Assembly: GCA_017963805.1 (NCBI GenBank)
Contig: JAGCTE010000037.1
Span: forward strand, 30,074-94,073
Length of the DNA: 64,000 nucleotides
Origin: a bacterium
Lineage (GTDB): Bacteria > Auribacterota > UBA3054
Reading direction: 5' to 3'
Under the pieces are notes generated by a model. It did no database searches. It saw only the letters and a list, made by a program, of their open reading frames with translations, and was not told where the DNA came from. Shown one piece after another: positions 43,422-53,365 of this stretch (the first letter of the stretch is position 1; each line of letters starts with the position of its first letter). Position numbers and translations under genes: made by a program.

Positions 43422-45239
43422 TTATTTGGTTTGTTCGTTTAATGCTTGGATCTGCGCCTGCGCGTCCTCGGCGTTTTCGCCGTGGGGCGCGAGTGAGAGA
43501 TATTTCTCAAAATCTTTTTTGGCGGATTTCACGCGGTTAAGATAGCGGTTCACCACGCCGCGCAGATAGTAGACGTCGGCGTAATCGGGGTTGAGCTCCA
43601 CGGCCCTGTTCAGCTGCTTCAGGGCCGAATCGGCTTTCCCCAAGCCGAGGTAGAGTATCGCTATGTTGTAGCGGAAAACGGGATTGTCCTTGTCGCAGTC
43701 GATGGCGGAAAGGTAATTGTTGACGGCGTATTTGTAATCGCCCGCCAGCTGGTAGGCGCTGCCAAGCAATGCGAAGGCCCTCGGGTGGACTATGTGCCAC
43801 TTGGGCATGTTTTCGGACAAGAGCTTGATGACGTGTTCATGGTCTCCTGTTTCGCCAAGGTAAGCCGAAGCGTAGTTGATCATCACCCTCTGCTTTCCGC
43901 CGGCTTTCGTCATGGCGTCGCCCCAGAGCGTCAGTTCGCTTCTCCAGTCCCTGCTCCTCTGGAAAGTCGCCACGGCATAAACCAGAAGCGCCGCCGGCAG
44001 GATCACTCTCACGGCGTAGGTGAAGGCCTTGGGAAGGTTCTCGCACATGATCCTGACAAGGTCGGCGCAAAGCCAGATCAAGCCCGCCACGGAAAGGTAC
44101 ATCCTGTGCTCGAAGCAGAGGTCGAGCGTCGGAACGAGCGAGCTCTGCGGAAGAAGCGGGAAGATGAAGAAGAAAAAGCCCCAGCTCGACAGAGGGTATT
44201 TGTGCCGCACCTTGAAGAAGACCGCACAGCAGGCAAGAAGGATGGCGACCGGGACGATCCACTGCCAGCTCAGAAAGCTCGTGCAGAGCGGAATGTCGTG
44301 GTCGATGCAGAGCAGACCCGGCATGAAGAAGAGGGCGACGTAGAAGAGGATCACGAACGGCTGCGTCAGAAAGTACGTGAGCCTTGACAGCCCCTCGACG
44401 TTGTAGTCGATGTGCCGCATGCCGCCAACGCTTTTAAGTGACCCGCTGATCAGCGCCGGATCCCACTTGTTAAGGTGGCAGAAGACAACTGCCGGAAGCA
44501 CGAGGAAAAGGAAGACGACGCCCAGAAGTTCCAGCAAAAGGTACTTTTTCTGGTGCGACTTCAGATACTTCAGTTCCGGGCTGGCCTCGAAGAGCCACAA
44601 GAGAACGATGCAGGAAACGGGCGCCGTGACGATCGTCTCCTTGCAGAAAAGACCTATGACGAAGGAAACTATCGCGCAGGGGATGGCGATCGCTTTACGC
44701 CAGTGTGCGAAATAAGCCCTCGTCACGAAGTAGAGCGTCAGGAAGTAAAAGAAGGCCGAGAAAAGCGTGAAGCGCTGCCCTATGTAGATGACCGGCATGG
44801 TCTGCAGCGGCATCAGCGCGAAGAAGAAAGCGACGAGCGCCGCAGCGAGATGTGTTCCCGTATCGGCTTTGTCCAGTTTGTCCCTCAGCCTCAGGGGAAG
44901 CAGAAGCGGGATCGTTATGAGATAGACGAGCCAGGCGTTCAGGGCGTGCAGGAGGAAGTTGAAGAGATGCAATGAGACGAGCTGGGCGCTCTCCGGCGCG
45001 TAAATTTTGCCGATAAAATCCGTCACCGCCGGCCTGAGGCTTACCCAGTAGGATAGGAACACCAGCCATCTGGTCGGATACTTCTTGATGAGCGGAACGA
45101 GCGGGGCGTCGACCAGGTCGTTCTCAACGATGGTCTCGAAGTCGTCAAGATGGTACGACGAGTCGACGCTGGGATAATAGGCCAGAAGTATCGCGGCCAG
45201 AAGGAGCGGGAAGATCAGATATTTGATGGCTTTTGTCAT
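43422..45239 (-). CDS. TMTC-like (DUF1736/PMT_2-type) GT-C membrane protein with C-terminal TPR repeats (second copy)
   Basis: 605 aa. The first loop motif is YYPSVDSSYHLDDFETIVENDLVD, matching YLSSFKGDWQFDDFRCIVDNEAL in the 24931-26412 product. A polytopic body is followed by a TPR tail (AFALLGSAYQLAGDYKYAVNNYLSAIDCD..YNIAILYLGLGKADSALKQLNRAVELNP). Confidence 0.6.
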   Translation of the reverse strand: MTKAIKYLIFPLLLAAILLAYYPSVDSSYHLDDFETIVENDLVDAPLVPLIKKYPTRWLVFLSYWVSLRPAVTDFIGKIYAPESAQLVSLHLFNFLLHALNAWLVYLITIPLLLPLRLRDKLDKADTGTHLAAALVAFFFALMPLQTMPVIYIGQRFTLFSAFFYFLTLYFVTRAYFAHWRKAIAIPCAIVSFVIGLFCKETIVTAPVSCIVLLWLFEASPELKYLKSHQKKYLLLELLGVVFLFLVLPAVVFCHLNKWDPALISGSLKSVGGMRHIDYNVEGLSRLTYFLTQPFVILFYVALFFMPGLLCIDHDIPLCTSFLSWQWIVPVAILLACCAVFFKVRHKYPLSSWGFFFFIFPLLPQSSLVPTLDLCFEHRMYLSVAGLIWLCADLVRIMCENLPKAFTYAVRVILPAALLVYAVATFQRSRDWRSELTLWGDAMTKAGGKQRVMINYASAYLGETGDHEHVIKLLSENMPKWHIVHPRAFALLGSAYQLAGDYKYAVNNYLSAIDCDKDNPVFRYNIAILYLGLGKADSALKQLNRAVELNPDYADVYYLRGVVNRYLNRVKSAKKDFEKYLSLAPHGENAEDAQAQIQALNEQTK

Positions 45240-45243
45240 TTCT

Positions 45244-47487
45244 TCAGAACGTTAGTTTTTCGCCGGGCTTGAGCGTTTTCTCGATGTGCCTGGCTTCGGG
45301 AGTCGAAAAGTCGAGCGTTACTTTCACGCCGTCAGCCGAAGGAGCGAGGAAAATGTCGAAGGCGAAGGGTCCGATGTGGAAGTTTTTCATTCCGTAGCTT
45401 TCCCCGATCTTCCAATTCGATGGGAGAGTCGGGCTGATCTCGACGGAGGGGTAGTCCTTCTCGAGCTCCCTTATGCCGAAGATGTTCCTTATGACCATGG
45501 TGGGAAGCGTGGCGCCCCAGCCGTAGTGCTCGGCGCCGCATTCCCAGACGGGATCGGGCGTGAGAGGCCAGAATTCCGAAGCCTGGCCCGGCATCTTGTA
45601 GCGGAAGCAGTTGGGGAAGGTCGTTTTGTGGCGGCTGGCCAGAGGACGGACGTCCCTTGAAGTCTCCCTTGCGTAAACGCGGTCGCCGGTGGCCAGAAGA
45701 AGGTCGCTGACCATTTCCGTCAGGTCGGCGCGCCTGGCCGCCTCGGTGAAGGGGAACTGGAAGGAAGGCCATTCCAGCATCAGCTTCGGGTTCTCGATGA
45801 AATACTTGAAGCTCGAGCGCATCGAATCTATCTGCTCCGGCAGCGCGACGCCCACCGTTATCGGAAGGAGCATCATGACGTCGTAGTAGTCTTTAAGGAT
45901 GATGGGCTTGTTGCTGCGGGCGTCGAAATCCCTGAACCAGCCGTCATAGAACATCTCGCGGGTGCGTTTGATGCGCTCCTTCGCCATGTCCTGCCAGTAG
46001 GGGATGTCGTTCTCCAAGCCGAGCTGCTTGGCGAAAATAGCCATCGTCTCCATGGCGTGGGCCATGACGGCCTCGACGTCCACGGTGCGGACGAAATCGA
46101 CGACGTCGGATTCGTTGCAGCCGTCGAAGGTGAAGCGCTTGCTGCCGTCCTGGCCGGATTCCCAGGAGTTGTTGCAGTGGAACCAGCCCTCGGCGTCCGT
46201 CCTGTTCTCAAGCCACCAGCTGATGAAGGCCCTGAGGTAGGGGTAGAGTTTCCTCAGCCAGGAGAGGTCGTGCTCGCGGAAAAAGATCGAGCGGATGACG
46301 TAGAAGGGAAGGCCCCAGACCGGGGATGTTCCGCACTCTGAACCGCCGGCGCCGATCATGTTCATGCTGCCGTCCTCCCTTGAGCAGGGGACGTTCGGCA
46401 TGGGCGCGTCCTTGAAGCAGCCGTAGATGACCTCCTTGGCCGTTTCGGGATCGGCGTAGGCGAAGCACATCATGTCGAGGTGCGTTTCGCCCAGAACGCA
46501 GCGGGGCGAAAAGATCTGCATGGCGTCCCAGGGAGTCGTGTAGATGCCGACTGGCGGCCTGACGGTCATCCTCAGCGTTTCCCAGTCCTGGACCCAGCCC
46601 TGTTTCCAGCTGTCGCTCCAGCTGCCTTCCAGAAAGGGCGTGCGGGAATAGAATTCCTCGTCCTCCGCCGCCTTTTCGTGCTTGACGGCGTCGTAGTTGA
46701 TCTTAATCTTGCAGAACTTGCGCCAGGCGTAGGCTTCGTTCCTTTCCCTGACAAGGTAGAAACGCCCGGTCCGGGAGGACTTTCCTTCCAGGGTGAAACT
46801 GTAGTCGGAGAAGGATTCGGCGCCTGTTATCTCGCTGAATTCCTTTGTGCCGTAGCCAAGGTCGTTCAGTTCGTCGCCGATCCACTCCGCGGGATCGTCG
46901 TCCTCTTTGTAGAATTTCAGTCCGGTCCTCAGGGGCGCGTCGTCAGATCCCATGATGAAGACGGGGCCGCCTTCCCAGATCTTGTTTATCCAGGCTTTCT
47001 TTTCGGAAACGTAGCGGCTGACCAAGCCCGAGCTGCCCCACCAGTGCTTCTCGACGAAGCCGTAGAGGTTCGAGACCCTCAGCGTCACCTTCTGCTCCTC
47101 AAAGAGATCGTTTCTGATCTCGAAGTCGCAGGCGATGGTCTCTTCGTCGGCGAGAAGGTACGTGACGCCGAAGGTCAACCCGTGGCCTTCCCAGTTGTAG
47201 CTCATCAAGTTTTTGCTGTGGATCCTGGAACAGACGTTCTGGGCTTTCGCCTCCTCCATATTGGAGATCCTGACTTTTTCCGTGATAAGGGAGAGCCTGA
47301 GGAAGGAAAGGTAGTTGTTGAAGTTCGGGCAGACGCCGCTGGCGTACGTCCAGGGAAGCGAGCGCTTCCAGAAGCCGAAGCCCATGGGCGGAACGGACCT
47401 TATGACGCCGGAGATATGCAGATGCGCGGTGTGCGCCGGATTGTCAAGGTAGCCGAAAGGCGTGAAATCGTATCGGGGAGCTTTCAT
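45244..47487 (-). CDS. (alpha/alpha)6-barrel glycoside hydrolase, GH63/GH37-like
   Basis: 747 aa. The block GWFHCNNSWESGQDGSKRF resembles the acid-catalyst ESGxDNS motif of GH63/GH37/GH15-type enzymes. No signal peptide seen. Family not confirmed. Confidence 0.55.
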   Translation of the reverse strand: MKAPRYDFTPFGYLDNPAHTAHLHISGVIRSVPPMGFGFWKRSLPWTYASGVCPNFNNYLSFLRLSLITEKVRISNMEEAKAQNVCSRIHSKNLMSYNWEGHGLTFGVTYLLADEETIACDFEIRNDLFEEQKVTLRVSNLYGFVEKHWWGSSGLVSRYVSEKKAWINKIWEGGPVFIMGSDDAPLRTGLKFYKEDDDPAEWIGDELNDLGYGTKEFSEITGAESFSDYSFTLEGKSSRTGRFYLVRERNEAYAWRKFCKIKINYDAVKHEKAAEDEEFYSRTPFLEGSWSDSWKQGWVQDWETLRMTVRPPVGIYTTPWDAMQIFSPRCVLGETHLDMMCFAYADPETAKEVIYGCFKDAPMPNVPCSREDGSMNMIGAGGSECGTSPVWGLPFYVIRSIFFREHDLSWLRKLYPYLRAFISWWLENRTDAEGWFHCNNSWESGQDGSKRFTFDGCNESDVVDFVRTVDVEAVMAHAMETMAIFAKQLGLENDIPYWQDMAKERIKRTREMFYDGWFRDFDARSNKPIILKDYYDVMMLLPITVGVALPEQIDSMRSSFKYFIENPKLMLEWPSFQFPFTEAARRADLTEMVSDLLLATGDRVYARETSRDVRPLASRHKTTFPNCFRYKMPGQASEFWPLTPDPVWECGAEHYGWGATLPTMVIRNIFGIRELEKDYPSVEISPTLPSNWKIGESYGMKNFHIGPFAFDIFLAPSADGVKVTLDFSTPEARHIEKTLKPGEKLTF

Positions 47488-47502
47488 AAAAGATCCTCAG
47501 CG

Positions 47503-47892
47503 TTATTTTTTCAAAGCGGCGATGACTTCTATCTCGACGGCCACGCCTTTGGGAAGGTTGGCCACTTCCACGCAGCTCCTGGCCGGCGCGGTGTCGCTCG
47601 GGAAGCATTCCCCGTAGACGGCGTTGACAGAAGCGAAATCGTTGATGTCGGAAAGGAAGACCGTGGTCTTGACCACGTCGTCGAAGCTCAAGCCGGCGTT
47701 TTCAAGTATGGCGCTGAGGTTTTTGAGCGACTGCCTGGCCTGGTCGGCTGCGGGGCCTTTCACTAGTTCGCCGGTCTCGGGGACGATGGGGATCTGGCCG
47801 GATACGAAAAGGAAGCCGTTGGCTTCAACGGACTGGTTGTAGGGGCCGATAGGCGAGGGGGCTTTCTCTGTGTTGAGGATCTTTTTGCTCAT
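47503..47892 (-). CDS. ridA: RidA/YjgF-family enamine/imine deaminase
   Basis: 129 aa. APSPIGPYNQSV..GFLFVSGQIP..DDVVKTTVFLSDINDFASVNAVY..PARSCVEVANLPKGVAVEIE is a canonical RidA pattern. Confidence 0.88.
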   Translation of the reverse strand: MSKKILNTEKAPSPIGPYNQSVEANGFLFVSGQIPIVPETGELVKGPAADQARQSLKNLSAILENAGLSFDDVVKTTVFLSDINDFASVNAVYGECFPSDTAPARSCVEVANLPKGVAVEIEVIAALKK

Positions 47893-47914
47893 TTTTTAAT
47901 CCTTAATTTGAATT

Positions 47915-49423
47915 TTATCTCAGGAAGCATTCGTATGCGGGGTTGTTCTTCTCAACGGTGTAGGAGTATCCGAGGTTCTTCAAAACTTCGTTGAGCTGCG
48001 CTTTCTCTTCGGGTGGGACCATCAGCCCCATGAAGATCCTGCCTACGCTCGCGCCCAGGTTGCGGTAGTGGAACATCGTGATGTCCCACTTGCTGCCCAT
48101 GGCGTCCAGGAAGTTCTTCAAAGTTCCGGCTCTTTCCGGGAACTCGAACTGGAAGAGCGTCTCTTCGCCTTTGAGGTTGGCGTGACCGCCCACCATGTAC
48201 CTGACGTGCGTCATGGCGAGCAGATTGCCGGTAAGGTCGCAGATCTCATATCCCAGGCCGTTCAGCTTGGCGTAAAGGTCTTCGCGCTTCTGCCCGGGGG
48301 CGAGCCTGATGCCGACGAAGACGTAAGCTTTCGAATCGTCGGAATGGCGGTAGTTGAATTCCGTCACGTCGTGCCCGTCTATGGCGGACGCGAAGGCGCG
48401 GAAGGAGCCCGGCTGCTCTTTCAGTTTGGCGGAGAAGAGTATTTCGCCTTCCGCCATCTCGGCCAGCTGGGATATGACCCTCAGTCTCTCGAAGTTGATG
48501 TTTGCGCCGGACAGAACGGTCGCGAAGACTTTGCCGGTCACGTTGTTTTCGCGGATGTATTTCTTGATGCCGGCCAAGCCTACGGAGCCGGAGGTCTCGG
48601 AAATGGCCCTGGTGTCGTTGAAGATGTCGCGGGTGGCCGCGCAGATCTCCTCGGGGGTGACGGTGACGCAGCCGTCCAAGCTTTTCCTCAGGATCTCAAA
48701 GGGCAGTTCGCCCAGCTGCTTGACCGCGACGCCCTCGGCGAAAAGGTCGACCTTGTCCAAAACGACTCTCTTTTGGCTGTCGATGGCCGCCTTGCAGCAG
48801 GCGCAGCCCTCGGGCTCGACCGCGAAGACTTTCACTTCCGGGCGCAAAGTTTTGATGAAGCTCGCCATGCCGGAAATTAAGCCGCCGCCGCCCACTGGGA
48901 CGAAGACGGCGTCAAGCTGCTCGGGGTTCTGCCTCAAAAGCTCCATGGCGATAGTTCCCTGGCCGGCGATGACGTCCGGATCGTCGTAAGGGTGTATGAA
49001 GCTCATGCCTTTCTCTTTCGCCAAATTCAGAGCGTAGGCGCAGGCCTCGTCGAAATTGTCGCCGTAGACTATGACTTCGGCGCCCAGTCTTCTGACGTTG
49101 TTTATCTTTATGCTTGCCGTCGGCTTCGGCATGACGATCGTCGCCTTGCAGCCGAGCCTGGCGGCGGCCAGCGCCACGCCCTGGGCGTGGTTTCCGGCGC
49201 TTGCGGCTATGACGCCTTTCTCAAGCTCCTCTTTTTTGAGGGAGTGGATCTTCTGGTAGGCGCCGCGCAGCTTGAAAGAGAAGACTTCCTGCTGGTCTTC
49301 GCGCTTCAACAAGATGGTGTTGTTAAGCTTGCCGCTCAGAATGGACATCTTGTCCAGCGGCGACTCTTTCGCGACTTCATAAACGGGAGTCGAGATGATC
49401 TTTTTGACGATTTCAGAAAACAT
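47915..49423 (-). CDS. ilvA: Biosynthetic threonine ammonia-lyase (threonine dehydratase) with C-terminal ACT-like regulatory domains
   Basis: 502 aa. PLP lysine motif (EDQQEVFSFKLRGAY), the GGGGL loop (VPVGGGGLISG) and a duplicated C-terminal regulatory region. Confidence 0.9.
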   Translation of the reverse strand: MFSEIVKKIISTPVYEVAKESPLDKMSILSGKLNNTILLKREDQQEVFSFKLRGAYQKIHSLKKEELEKGVIAASAGNHAQGVALAAARLGCKATIVMPKPTASIKINNVRRLGAEVIVYGDNFDEACAYALNLAKEKGMSFIHPYDDPDVIAGQGTIAMELLRQNPEQLDAVFVPVGGGGLISGMASFIKTLRPEVKVFAVEPEGCACCKAAIDSQKRVVLDKVDLFAEGVAVKQLGELPFEILRKSLDGCVTVTPEEICAATRDIFNDTRAISETSGSVGLAGIKKYIRENNVTGKVFATVLSGANINFERLRVISQLAEMAEGEILFSAKLKEQPGSFRAFASAIDGHDVTEFNYRHSDDSKAYVFVGIRLAPGQKREDLYAKLNGLGYEICDLTGNLLAMTHVRYMVGGHANLKGEETLFQFEFPERAGTLKNFLDAMGSKWDITMFHYRNLGASVGRIFMGLMVPPEEKAQLNEVLKNLGYSYTVEKNNPAYECFLR

Positions 49424-49425
49424 TT

Positions 49426-50232
49426 TTATTTCGCTTGTTCAGTTTGTCTTTTCAGCCAGGAGAGATAAAGCTCCAGCCAGTTGTCGGTCGCCTTGCCGCA
49501 CGGCCTGGAGCCGAAGCCGTGCCCGCCCTCGGGGTAGATGTGGCACTCCAGGGAAAGCTTTTTCCTAAGAAGCGCCTTCCCATAGGCGGTAAGGCTCGGG
49601 AAATACGGGTCGTCACTGGCCTGAAGGAGGAAGGTCGGCGGATGGTCTTTCAGAAGCCTGAACTTCGGCTTCAGTTCGAGGTAAGCCGGGTAGATGAGGC
49701 CAAGGTTGTCGACTCTGACGCTTTCCCTGTCGATCTCATCTGTGGGCTCGTAAAGCTTCTTCCCGAAGCTTCCGGCCGCGAAGGCGGAAAGATGACCTCC
49801 GGCCGAAAAACCCATGATGCCCACGGCGTCTTTCCTGATGCCGAATTTGTCGGCGTAATAACGCAGATATCTCACGGCGCGGGTCGCGTCGCAGAGCGCC
49901 GCCTCGCGCTGCTTCGGCACGCGGTACTTCAAAACGAAAGCCGAGATCCCGCGCTTTGAGAGATATTCCGCTATCTCCAAGCCCTCGTAGTCCAGGGCCA
50001 GAACGTCGTAGGCTCCGCCCGGGCAGACTATGACGGCGGGGGACGGCTTTTTAACCCCCTTGGCCGGGAAGGGAATGAGCGCGGGATAGTTGACGCCCGT
50101 AATGAGCGTGATAGGCGATTCGTCCGGGATCACGCGCTCCAATTTGGAGCGGTACTTCCTTTTGGGCACAGATTCATCCGGCCACAAAAAGAGGGGATCA
50201 GGCAAGGTTTTTTCTTTCATAAAGTTATTCAT
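49426..50232 (-). CDS. Alpha/beta hydrolase (esterase)
   Basis: Nucleophile elbow GFSAGGHL, and VIVCPGGAYD..FVLKYRVP, typical of acetyl-esterase-like hydrolases. The track start is TTG at 50238; I prefer the ATG at 50232. Confidence 0.65.
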   Translation of the reverse strand: MNNFMKEKTLPDPLFLWPDESVPKRKYRSKLERVIPDESPITLITGVNYPALIPFPAKGVKKPSPAVIVCPGGAYDVLALDYEGLEIAEYLSKRGISAFVLKYRVPKQREAALCDATRAVRYLRYYADKFGIRKDAVGIMGFSAGGHLSAFAAGSFGKKLYEPTDEIDRESVRVDNLGLIYPAYLELKPKFRLLKDHPPTFLLQASDDPYFPSLTAYGKALLRKKLSLECHIYPEGGHGFGSRPCGKATDNWLELYLSWLKRQTEQAK

Positions 50233-50297
50233 TTTCAATTAGGATATTTTACCAAACCTTCCCCTTTGGAGCAATAGCGGGCGAAGGAAAGACCGGT

Positions 50298-50327
50298 TTG
50301 CCTGACGCGCGGCGCTTTTGCTATAAT
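50298..50327 (+). promoter_or_regulatory. Candidate sigma70-type promoter (TTGCCT - 18 nt - TGcTATAAT)
   Basis: -35 TTGCCT at 50298-50303. Extended -10 TGCTATAAT at 50319-50327. ~37 nt upstream of the NifU-like ATG at 50365. Confidence 0.45.
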
Positions 50328-50364
50328 CATTAGATAAATTTTTAAACTAAATACAGGTGCGAAA

Positions 50365-50589
50365 ATGGAAGAACAGATCAAGAAGATCCTGGACGAAAAA
50401 GTCATTCCGCTGCTGCAGACGCACGGCGGTTCCTGCGAGTTCGTGGGAGTTGAGAACAACATTGTGAAAGTAAGGCTTATGGGAGCCTGCGGGCATTGCC
50501 CCGGCGCCATAATGACGCTTAGGGGCTTCGTCCTGAAAGTGCTTCAGGAAGACATTCCCTCCATCGAGGACGTTGTGAACGTCCAGTAA
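50365..50589 (+). CDS. NifU C-terminal-domain (Nfu-like) Fe-S cluster carrier
   Basis: 74 aa. IPLLQTHGGSCEFVGVENNIVKVRLMGACGHCPGAIMTL carries the CxxC motif of Nfu/NifU_C domains. Confidence 0.8.
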   Translation: MEEQIKKILDEKVIPLLQTHGGSCEFVGVENNIVKVRLMGACGHCPGAIMTLRGFVLKVLQEDIPSIEDVVNVQ

Positions 50590-50594
50590 AAGAA

Positions 50595-51644
50595 GTGAAA
50601 TTCCTTATCATAAAGCCGAGTTCCCTGGGCGACGTGGCCTGCGCCATGCCGGTCGTGGCGCTTATCAAGAAGCACTACCCCGACGCGACGGTCGACTGGC
50701 TTGTGAACAAGGAATACGCCGGCCTCGCCAAGGCGGCCGGCGCCGACAATATCTTTGTGATAGACCGCCGGGCCTGGAAGAAGGTCGCTTCCTGGCCGAA
50801 AGCGTTTTTCAACTATCTTAGCGTGGCCGCGAAGCTGCCTTTCCAGCATTACGACTACGCCATAGACCTCCAGGGGCTTCTGCGCAGCGGCATCTTCACG
50901 GCGCTTTCCAACGCCAAAAAAGCCATTGGATTCGCGGACGGCAGGGAGTGCTCCCCCATATTCTACGACACGAAGGTCGTTGTCAACAGGAAGCTGACGC
51001 ACTCCACGCTCTGCAATCTCGCGGTGCTTAAGGAACTGGGCATAGAAAAGGACGAAACCTGGCCGTCGTTCGCGCCGAGCGACACAAGCTCGACGCTTGA
51101 AAGTTTCGGTCTTGCCGGTTCCGAATTCTTCATCGCCGTGCCCCTGACGCGCTGGAAAAGCAAAAACTGGGTCCCCGAATCGATCGCCGCGGTTGGGACA
51201 GAGCTCAAAGCCCGCCACGGCTGGCGGGGAGTCCTGGTGGGGGGAAGCGACGCGAAGGAAGTCTGCGCGAAGATCTGCGCGCTGTCCCCGGACGTTTTCC
51301 TTGACCTTTCCGGGAAGACAGACTGGTCGCAGTTTTTGGCCCTGAGCGCCGAGGCGCGCTGCGCCGTAACGCCGGACACTGGGCCGATGCACGTCATGGC
51401 GGCGGCGGGAACGCCGATGATCGCCATCATGGGCCCGACGGACCCGAGGCGCCACGGCCCCTACGGGGACTGCAGCAAGGTCTTGCAGAGCAAAAGGCGC
51501 TGCCTGCCCTGCTATCACCGTGACTGCGTCCTGGGGGAAGAGGGGAAGCCTTCTTTGTGCATGGCCGACATCACGCCCGAAATGGTGGTGGAAGCGGTCG
51601 AGGAATTGCTGAACGAATTGAAAACCAAGGAAGAAAATGCCTAA
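50595..51644 (+). CDS. Glycosyltransferase family 9 (LPS heptosyltransferase-like)
   Basis: GTG start. MKFLIIKPSSLGDVACAMPVV and DTGPMHVMAAAGTPMIAIMGPT are typical of GT9. 349 aa. Confidence 0.8.
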   Translation: MKFLIIKPSSLGDVACAMPVVALIKKHYPDATVDWLVNKEYAGLAKAAGADNIFVIDRRAWKKVASWPKAFFNYLSVAAKLPFQHYDYAIDLQGLLRSGIFTALSNAKKAIGFADGRECSPIFYDTKVVVNRKLTHSTLCNLAVLKELGIEKDETWPSFAPSDTSSTLESFGLAGSEFFIAVPLTRWKSKNWVPESIAAVGTELKARHGWRGVLVGGSDAKEVCAKICALSPDVFLDLSGKTDWSQFLALSAEARCAVTPDTGPMHVMAAAGTPMIAIMGPTDPRRHGPYGDCSKVLQSKRRCLPCYHRDCVLGEEGKPSLCMADITPEMVVEAVEELLNELKTKEENA

Positions 51645-52410
51645 TCTTTGCATAGTGGGCGCCATGGGGCGCATGGGCCGCAACGTCGGATCGCTCGCCG
51701 AAAGCTTCGGCTTCAATGTCAGCGGCGCGCTGGAATTCAAAGGCTCGCCCGACATCGGGAAAACCTTTTGCTCCGTTACCGTGACCGACGACATATTGAG
51801 CGCCTTGAAAGGCGCCGACGCCGTGATCGAGTTCGCTTTGGCGGACGGCATAACGGAAAGGGCGGCCGCCTACGCGGAATGCAAGGTCCCGGCCGTCATC
51901 GGGACGACGGCCGTTAGCGAAGAGGGGTTATCCGCGCTAAGGGAAGCCGCGAAGACGATCCCCGTTATCCACGCCGCCAATTTCAGCCTGGGCGTGAATC
52001 TTTTGGGAGAGCTTTTGAAAAAGGCCTCCGCCGTTCTCAGCGAAGAATATGACGCCGAAATAGTGGAGATGCACCATCATAACAAGAAGGACGCCCCCAG
52101 CGGCACCGCGCTTTACCTTGCGAGAATGATAGAAAGCGGACGGATAGTCGGGACGGAAAAAGAGATCTACGGGCGCTTCGGCAACGTCGGCGCGAGGCCG
52201 AAGGGCGAGATAGCGATCCATTCGCTCAGGGGCGGCGACGTGGTCGGCGACCACACCGTCATTTTCGCCGCGGAAGGCGAAAGGATAGAGTTTACGCACA
52301 AGGCCTCGAGCCGCGCCAACTTCGCCATGGGCGCCCTGAGAGCCGCGAAATATCTCATAGGAAAAAACCCCGGTCTTTACACGATGGCCGACGTGATAGG
52401 TTTGAAATAA
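51637..52410 (+). CDS. dapB: 4-hydroxy-tetrahydrodipicolinate reductase
   Basis: [11 protein letters not shown] (NAD(P) binding) and [16 protein letters not shown] (the DapB signature E-x-HH-x-K-x-DAPSGTA). Confidence 0.88.
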   Translation: MPNLCIVGAMGRMGRNVGSLAESFGFNVSGALEFKGSPDIGKTFCSVTVTDDILSALKGADAVIEFALADGITERAAAYAECKVPAVIGTTAVSEEGLSALREAAKTIPVIHAANFSLGVNLLGELLKKASAVLSEEYDAEIVEMHHHNKKDAPSGTALYLARMIESGRIVGTEKEIYGRFGNVGARPKGEIAIHSLRGGDVVGDHTVIFAAEGERIEFTHKASSRANFAMGALRAAKYLIGKNPGLYTMADVIGLK

Positions 52411-52411
52411 G

Positions 52412-53361
<950 letters not shown>

Positions 53362-53365
<4 letters not shown>

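Noticed and set aside
278-51851. Other long antisense ORFs (278-1633 -, 8102-9085 -, 12681-14162 -, 17141-18592 -, 19127-19870 -, 21998-23092 -, 27488-28126 +, 28237-29139 +, 36276-37901 +, 46480-47766 +, 48068-48880 +, 50544-51851 -, plus 57992-59272 -)
   Set aside because: Each lies fully inside, and opposite to, a gene with recognisable motifs or a signal peptide. Their compositions are Arg/Gly/Ala/Val-rich with no start context. This is the expected stop-codon depletion in GC-rich DNA.
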